This document shows, in pieces, positions 59,976-64,000 of a DNA stretch of 64,000 nucleotides; positions within the stretch are counted from its first letter, which is position 1, and every line of letters begins with the position of its first letter. The DNA is from an uncultured Spirochaetota bacterium (GTDB lineage Bacteria; Spirochaetota; Spirochaetia; SZUA-6; CAVTHK01). Where the stretch lies: assembly GCA_963734495.1 (NCBI GenBank), contig CAVTHK010000005.1, positions 128,001 to 192,000 of the forward strand. Direction: 5' to 3'. Under the pieces are notes generated by a model. It made no database searches, was not told the DNA's origin, and saw only the letters and a program-made list of their open reading frames with translations. Made by a program: the position numbers and the translations under genes.

Positions 59976-60856
59976 GGCTGCTCCCGGCCCCTCTGGCGGA
60001 GCAGCAGAGACGGATTCTCGCTGATGAGCAGCGCGAAGTCGCTCAGGGATTGCACCGTCTCGCGCAGCGCCGACACGGTGTCGACCAGGTCCCGGCGCGT
60101 GCGCAGCACCGTCACGTCTATGTTCGCGATCGCGTCGCGCGCCTGCGTGATCGTCCGGTTGAGGTTCGTGCTGACGTCCGCCACGTCGGCATCCGTGACC
60201 GTGCGGTCCACGTGCCCGATCAACTGGTTGAAAGAGCCCATCGCGGCTCTCAAGCTCGTGGTGGTCGCCGCGAGGTCCGCGATGAGACCCGCGAGCGGTT
60301 CCCGGCTCTCGGCGACGAACGAGTCGACGTTGCGGACGATGTTGTTGAAGTGCGCCTGGTTCTCCGCGCTCATCAGCTGGGAGATATTGCCCAGAATCGT
60401 GTCGAGCTTGGTCGCGATCGTCTCCGCCGGGGCCAGGATCCTTTCCAGGACCGACTGGCCGCCCTCGATGGTAAAGCCGGGAGGCGCGGGCGGCGTATCG
60501 TTGCTGCCGCCGCTCAGCTCGATCTGCATGAGCCCCGTGATCCCCACCGGGATGAGCATCGCCTTAACGTCGGTGCGCACGGGCGTCCCTTCGCGCACGC
60601 TGATGGAAACCAGGACGGTCCGGATGTCCGTCGTCGAGAAGCGGATGTCCTCGACGGTCCCCACGTCGACCCCCTGGTAGCGGACCGTCCCCCCGATCTG
60701 CAGTCCGCTGATCGAGGTGCCCCGATAGGCGACGACGTACGGCGTGCGCCGCTCGAGGAGCCTGCGGCCGCCGACGATGCCGAGAAAGGCCGCAAGGAGG
60801 GCCACAATGACGATCAGAAAGACCGCAAGCCTGACTCGCTGTCCCCGGGTTATCAT
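59972..60856 (-). CDS. mlaD: MCE/MlaD-family protein with C-terminal helical extension
   Basis: Single N-terminal TM helix; SGLQIGGTVRYQGVDVGTV and GITGLMQIELSGG motifs, a long heptad-rich region, and ENPSLLLR at the end. Confidence 0.94.
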   Translation of the reverse strand: MITRGQRVRLAVFLIVIVALLAAFLGIVGGRRLLERRTPYVVAYRGTSISGLQIGGTVRYQGVDVGTVEDIRFSTTDIRTVLVSISVREGTPVRTDVKAMLIPVGITGLMQIELSGGSNDTPPAPPGFTIEGGQSVLERILAPAETIATKLDTILGNISQLMSAENQAHFNNIVRNVDSFVAESREPLAGLIADLAATTTSLRAAMGSFNQLIGHVDRTVTDADVADVSTNLNRTITQARDAIANIDVTVLRTRRDLVDTVSALRETVQSLSDFALLISENPSLLLRQRGREQP

Positions 60857-61059
60857 TGCGACCCATTATACGCCATGCGGGGCCTCCTTTGCGGCACCTT
60901 TGTGCCGTTTTGCGTGCCTTTCCGCGCGGCGCTTTCAGAGCGCCTAACGGCGCTCCGCGGGCCGGGCAACAGCTTTCAAGGGACCTCGCGCCGGCTCGCC
61001 CGCCCCCTGCCGCGCCCGCGCGCGCCCGGCGCGGCCTGCTTGCGCGGCCCTCACTTGCC

Positions 61060-61089
61060 TTGACGCGTTTGCAGAGCCCATATTACGCT
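61060..61089 (+). promoter_or_regulatory. Putative sigma70 promoter of rny
   Basis: TTGACG-N18-TACGCT ending 9 nt before ATG 61099. Confidence 0.45.
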
Positions 61090-61098
61090 CGATCGACC

Positions 61099-62652
61099 AT
61101 GGGTCCTCTGCTGGCCGGAAGGCTCACTCATATCCTCCTTCTCCTCGCGGCGACGGGCGCCGCGTTCGCCCTGGGATGGGCGATCAAGTGGGCGTCCGCG
61201 CACATCGCCCTCGCGTCGTCCCGCGCCACTGCTGACCGCGCCGCGCGCGACGGGGCGCGGGCCACCGACGAGGCGCGCGTCCGCATGACGGAAGAGGGCA
61301 AGGCGGACCTCGCGCTCGAGCGCAAGTCGCTCGAAGAGGAGCTCGGCGAGCTCAAGCGCACCGTCACCGAGCTCGACGAGCAGATGCAGCAGAGGGAGGC
61401 CGGCGCCGCCGCGAGACAGGGCGAGGTCGACCAGGCGCGGCAGGCGCTCGAGGCGCGGGACGCCGCGCTCGACGCACGCGCGGCCGCGACGGCCGATCTG
61501 CGGCGCGAGGTCCACGCGCGGCTCGAGCGCATCTCCGGCACCACCCGCGAGCAGATCAAGGAGCAGATCGTCCAGTCGATCCTCAATGAGGAGCGCCGGG
61601 ACGCGCAGCACGTCCTGCAGCGGGCCGAGGCCGAGATGGAGCGGACGGCCGACGTCAAGGCCCGGGAGATCGTCACCGCCGCGATGCAGAGCCTGCCCGT
61701 GACCGAGGCGCTCGACACGGGGCCCGCGGGCCTGGAGACGCCGAGCGCCGACGCGATGATGCGCCTGCTCTCGCGCGAGGGCCGCAACGTGCGCATCCTC
61801 GAGCACCTCCTCGGCGTCGAGATCCTCATCGACGACCCGCGGGAGGGGCTCGCGCTCTCGGCGAACGACCCTGTGGCCCGCGAGCTCGCCAAGGTGACGC
61901 TGCACCTGCTGTTCAAGGAGAACAGGATCCATCCCTCGCTCATCGAGATGACGGTCAAGAAGGCGCGGAGGGAGATCGAGGACAACATGCGCCAGGAGGC
62001 GACCAGCGTCCTGCGCGACCTGGGCATCCGTGACCTCAAGCGCGAAGCGGTGGAGACCGTGGGGCGGCTCCTGTACCGCTACAGCTACGGCCAGAACCAG
62101 CTCTACCACTCCAAGGAGGTGGCGGTCCTCGCCGCTCACCTGGCCCAGGCGCTCGGCTGCGACCCGGCTGTCGCGCGCCGCGCCGGGCTGCTGCACGACA
62201 TCGGCAAGGCCATCACCGAGGACGGGCGCCCGCACACGGAGATCGGGGTGGAGCTCGCGAGGCGCTGGGGCGAGGACGAGCGCGTCGTGAACGCCATCGC
62301 CTCGCACCACGACGACGTGGAGCAGACCTGCGTCGAGTCGCACCTCGTCAAGATCGCGGACGCCATCTCGGGGTCCAGGCCGGGGGCGAGGCAGGAGACG
62401 ATCACCAACTACCTGGAGCGCGTGGAACGCCTCGAGAAGATCGCGGAGAGCTTCGAGGGAGTCGAAAAGGCGTTCGCGATCTACGCCGGCCGCGAGCTGC
62501 GCATCCAGGTCGACAGCGAGAAGGTCTCGGACGAGCAGGCGGCGACCCTCGCCTCCGAAGTCGCCCGGCGCGTCGAGAAAGAGCTGACCTATCCGGGCAA
62601 GATCACCATCACGGTGATCCGCGAGATGAAGGCCAGCGTGTACACGCGGTAG
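61099..62652 (+). CDS. rny: Ribonuclease Y
   Basis: N-terminal TM helix, coiled coil, KH-like REGRNVR, YRYSYGQN, HD motif GLLHDIGK, ADAISGSRPGAR and YPGKITITVIRE. Confidence 0.93.
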   Translation: MGPLLAGRLTHILLLLAATGAAFALGWAIKWASAHIALASSRATADRAARDGARATDEARVRMTEEGKADLALERKSLEEELGELKRTVTELDEQMQQREAGAAARQGEVDQARQALEARDAALDARAAATADLRREVHARLERISGTTREQIKEQIVQSILNEERRDAQHVLQRAEAEMERTADVKAREIVTAAMQSLPVTEALDTGPAGLETPSADAMMRLLSREGRNVRILEHLLGVEILIDDPREGLALSANDPVARELAKVTLHLLFKENRIHPSLIEMTVKKARREIEDNMRQEATSVLRDLGIRDLKREAVETVGRLLYRYSYGQNQLYHSKEVAVLAAHLAQALGCDPAVARRAGLLHDIGKAITEDGRPHTEIGVELARRWGEDERVVNAIASHHDDVEQTCVESHLVKIADAISGSRPGARQETITNYLERVERLEKIAESFEGVEKAFAIYAGRELRIQVDSEKVSDEQAATLASEVARRVEKELTYPGKITITVIREMKASVYTR

Positions 62653-62714
62653 CTCCGCCGCGGTCCCCCGCGCCCCGGACAGACCGCTGCGCTCCGTCAT
62701 GAGGTGAAGTCGCG

Positions 62715-63812
62715 ATGAAGATCCGCGTCGGGGTGCTCTTCGGCGGCAAGAGTGCCGAGCACGAGGTCTCACTCCAGTCGGCGAAGAACGTGATCGACGC
62801 GATGGACCCCGCGAAGTACGAGGTCGTGCTGATCGGGATCGACAAGAGCGGCCGCTGGCACTGGCACGGCGAAGCGCAGAAGCTCCTCGAGCAGGGGCGG
62901 CTCGGGAGGCTGGAGTCCCCGCGGCCTGAGGCGACGCAGGTGGCGCTGCTGCCGGGCAGCGAGCGGACGGAGCTCGTCGACTGGTCGTCGCGCAGGAGCT
63001 TCGGCCCCGTGGACGTGATCTTCCCCGTGCTCCACGGCCCGTTCGGCGAGGACGGCACGGTCCAGGGCCTGCTCAAGCTCGCGGACATCCCCTTCGTCGG
63101 GGCGGGCGTGCTCGGCTCCGCGGTGGGCATGGACAAGGACGCGATGAAGCGCCTCCTCTCGCAGGCCGGCATCCCGAACGCCCGCGGCATCGTCGCGCGG
63201 CAGTCCGAGCTCCCGGTCGACGCCGCGGCGGTGGCCGCGGAGCTCGGCCTTCCCCTGTTCGTCAAGCCTGCCAACCTCGGCTCGTCTGTCGGGATCACCA
63301 AGGTCAAGTCGGTCGCCGACCTCGCCCCGGCGATCGATCTCGCGCTCCGCTTCGACCGCAAGGTCGTCGTCGAGGAGTACGTGAGCGGCCGGGAGCTGGA
63401 GTGCTCGGTGCTCGGGAACGACGACCCGATCGCCTCGCTTCCCGGCGAGGTGATCCCGAGGGGCGAATGGTACTCCTACGAAGCCAAGTACATCGACGAG
63501 AACGGCGCCGCTCTGCAGATCCCCGCGAGGCTGGACCGCGAGACCGTGGAGCGCGTGCAGCGCATGGCGGTGCAGGCCTTCAAGGCGCTGTGCTGCGAAG
63601 GCATGGCGAGGGTCGACTTCTTCCTGAGGCCCGACGGACGCCTCTACGTGAACGAGATCAACACGATCCCCGGCTTCACGCGCATCAGCATGTACCCCAA
63701 GCTGTGGGAAGCCTCCGGGATCGGCTACGGGGAGCTGGTCGACCGGCTGATCGCGCTGGCGCTCGAGCGCGCGCGGGCGGAGCGCTCGCTCAAGACCTCG
63801 TACCGGGAGTAG
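62715..63812 (+). CDS. ddl: D-alanine--D-alanine ligase
   Basis: GGKSAEHEVSLQSA, LHGPFGEDG, VKPANLGSSVGI, YSYEAKY and NEINTIPGFT motifs. Confidence 0.97.
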   Translation: MKIRVGVLFGGKSAEHEVSLQSAKNVIDAMDPAKYEVVLIGIDKSGRWHWHGEAQKLLEQGRLGRLESPRPEATQVALLPGSERTELVDWSSRRSFGPVDVIFPVLHGPFGEDGTVQGLLKLADIPFVGAGVLGSAVGMDKDAMKRLLSQAGIPNARGIVARQSELPVDAAAVAAELGLPLFVKPANLGSSVGITKVKSVADLAPAIDLALRFDRKVVVEEYVSGRELECSVLGNDDPIASLPGEVIPRGEWYSYEAKYIDENGAALQIPARLDRETVERVQRMAVQAFKALCCEGMARVDFFLRPDGRLYVNEINTIPGFTRISMYPKLWEASGIGYGELVDRLIALALERARAERSLKTSYRE

Positions 63813-63817
63813 GTGCC

Positions 63818-64000
63818 GTGGCGCGCTCGGTGAAGCTGCAGTTCGGGGCGGGAGCCGCCTTCTGCGAGCTCCCCTCGCCGGTCGCCGGGGTGCGCTGTCT
63901 CCTCAGCCTCAAGCAGGCGGGCAACATGAGCCTCGGCGAGCGGGAGCGCCGCGCCGCCTTCTTCCGGTCGCTCGGCATCGCGCCCGGCAGGGTGCGGGCC
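63818..64000 (+). CDS. Partial CDS running off the window, possibly a PgeF/YfiH (laccase-like) family N-terminus
   Basis: GTG start after ddl; open frame MARSVKLQ..LSLKQAGNMSLGERERRAAFFRSLGI..; the diagnostic QVH motif is not reached. Confidence 0.45.
   Translation, partial: MARSVKLQFGAGAAFCELPSPVAGVRCLLSLKQAGNMSLGERERRAAFFRSLGIAPGRVRA

Noticed and set aside
62715-63812. Van-type D-Ala-D-Lac ligase
   Set aside because: The omega loop has Tyr (YSYEAKY), typical of D-Ala-D-Ala ligases, and no van genes are nearby.

Overview
A very GC-rich (roughly 70%, by eye), gene-dense bacterial chromosomal segment of about 50 genes. The likely source is a free-living Spirochaetota lineage, inferred from the FadD, DctP, HAD, cyclase and PgeF subtypes and not proven. 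I found no rRNA, tRNA, CRISPR array, prophage or IS element. Main modules: an orphan N4-C DNA methyltransferase ending in a QxxLF motif; a HAD-LarA-like epimerase-gnd operon with larB/larE/larC (nickel-pincer cofactor) nearby; an ECF sigma/ZAS anti-sigma cassette with a Lipoprotein_15 protein and a cupredoxin; a sigma54-preceded amtB-glnK-glnD operon; divergent cydDC/cydAB; prkA-yeaH-spoVR; hrpB; xdhC with a FecBCD-type ABC importer; a TPR lipoprotein with a class III adenylate cyclase; an MCE (Mla/Pqi-like) operon; rny; and ddl. The best candidate for an undescribed system is the MCE operon, whose PqiC-type lipoprotein appears fused through two small beta-sandwich domains to a C-terminal outer-membrane beta-barrel. 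About ten otherwise intact genes carry small frameshifts, which most likely reflect long-read indel errors rather than pseudogenes.
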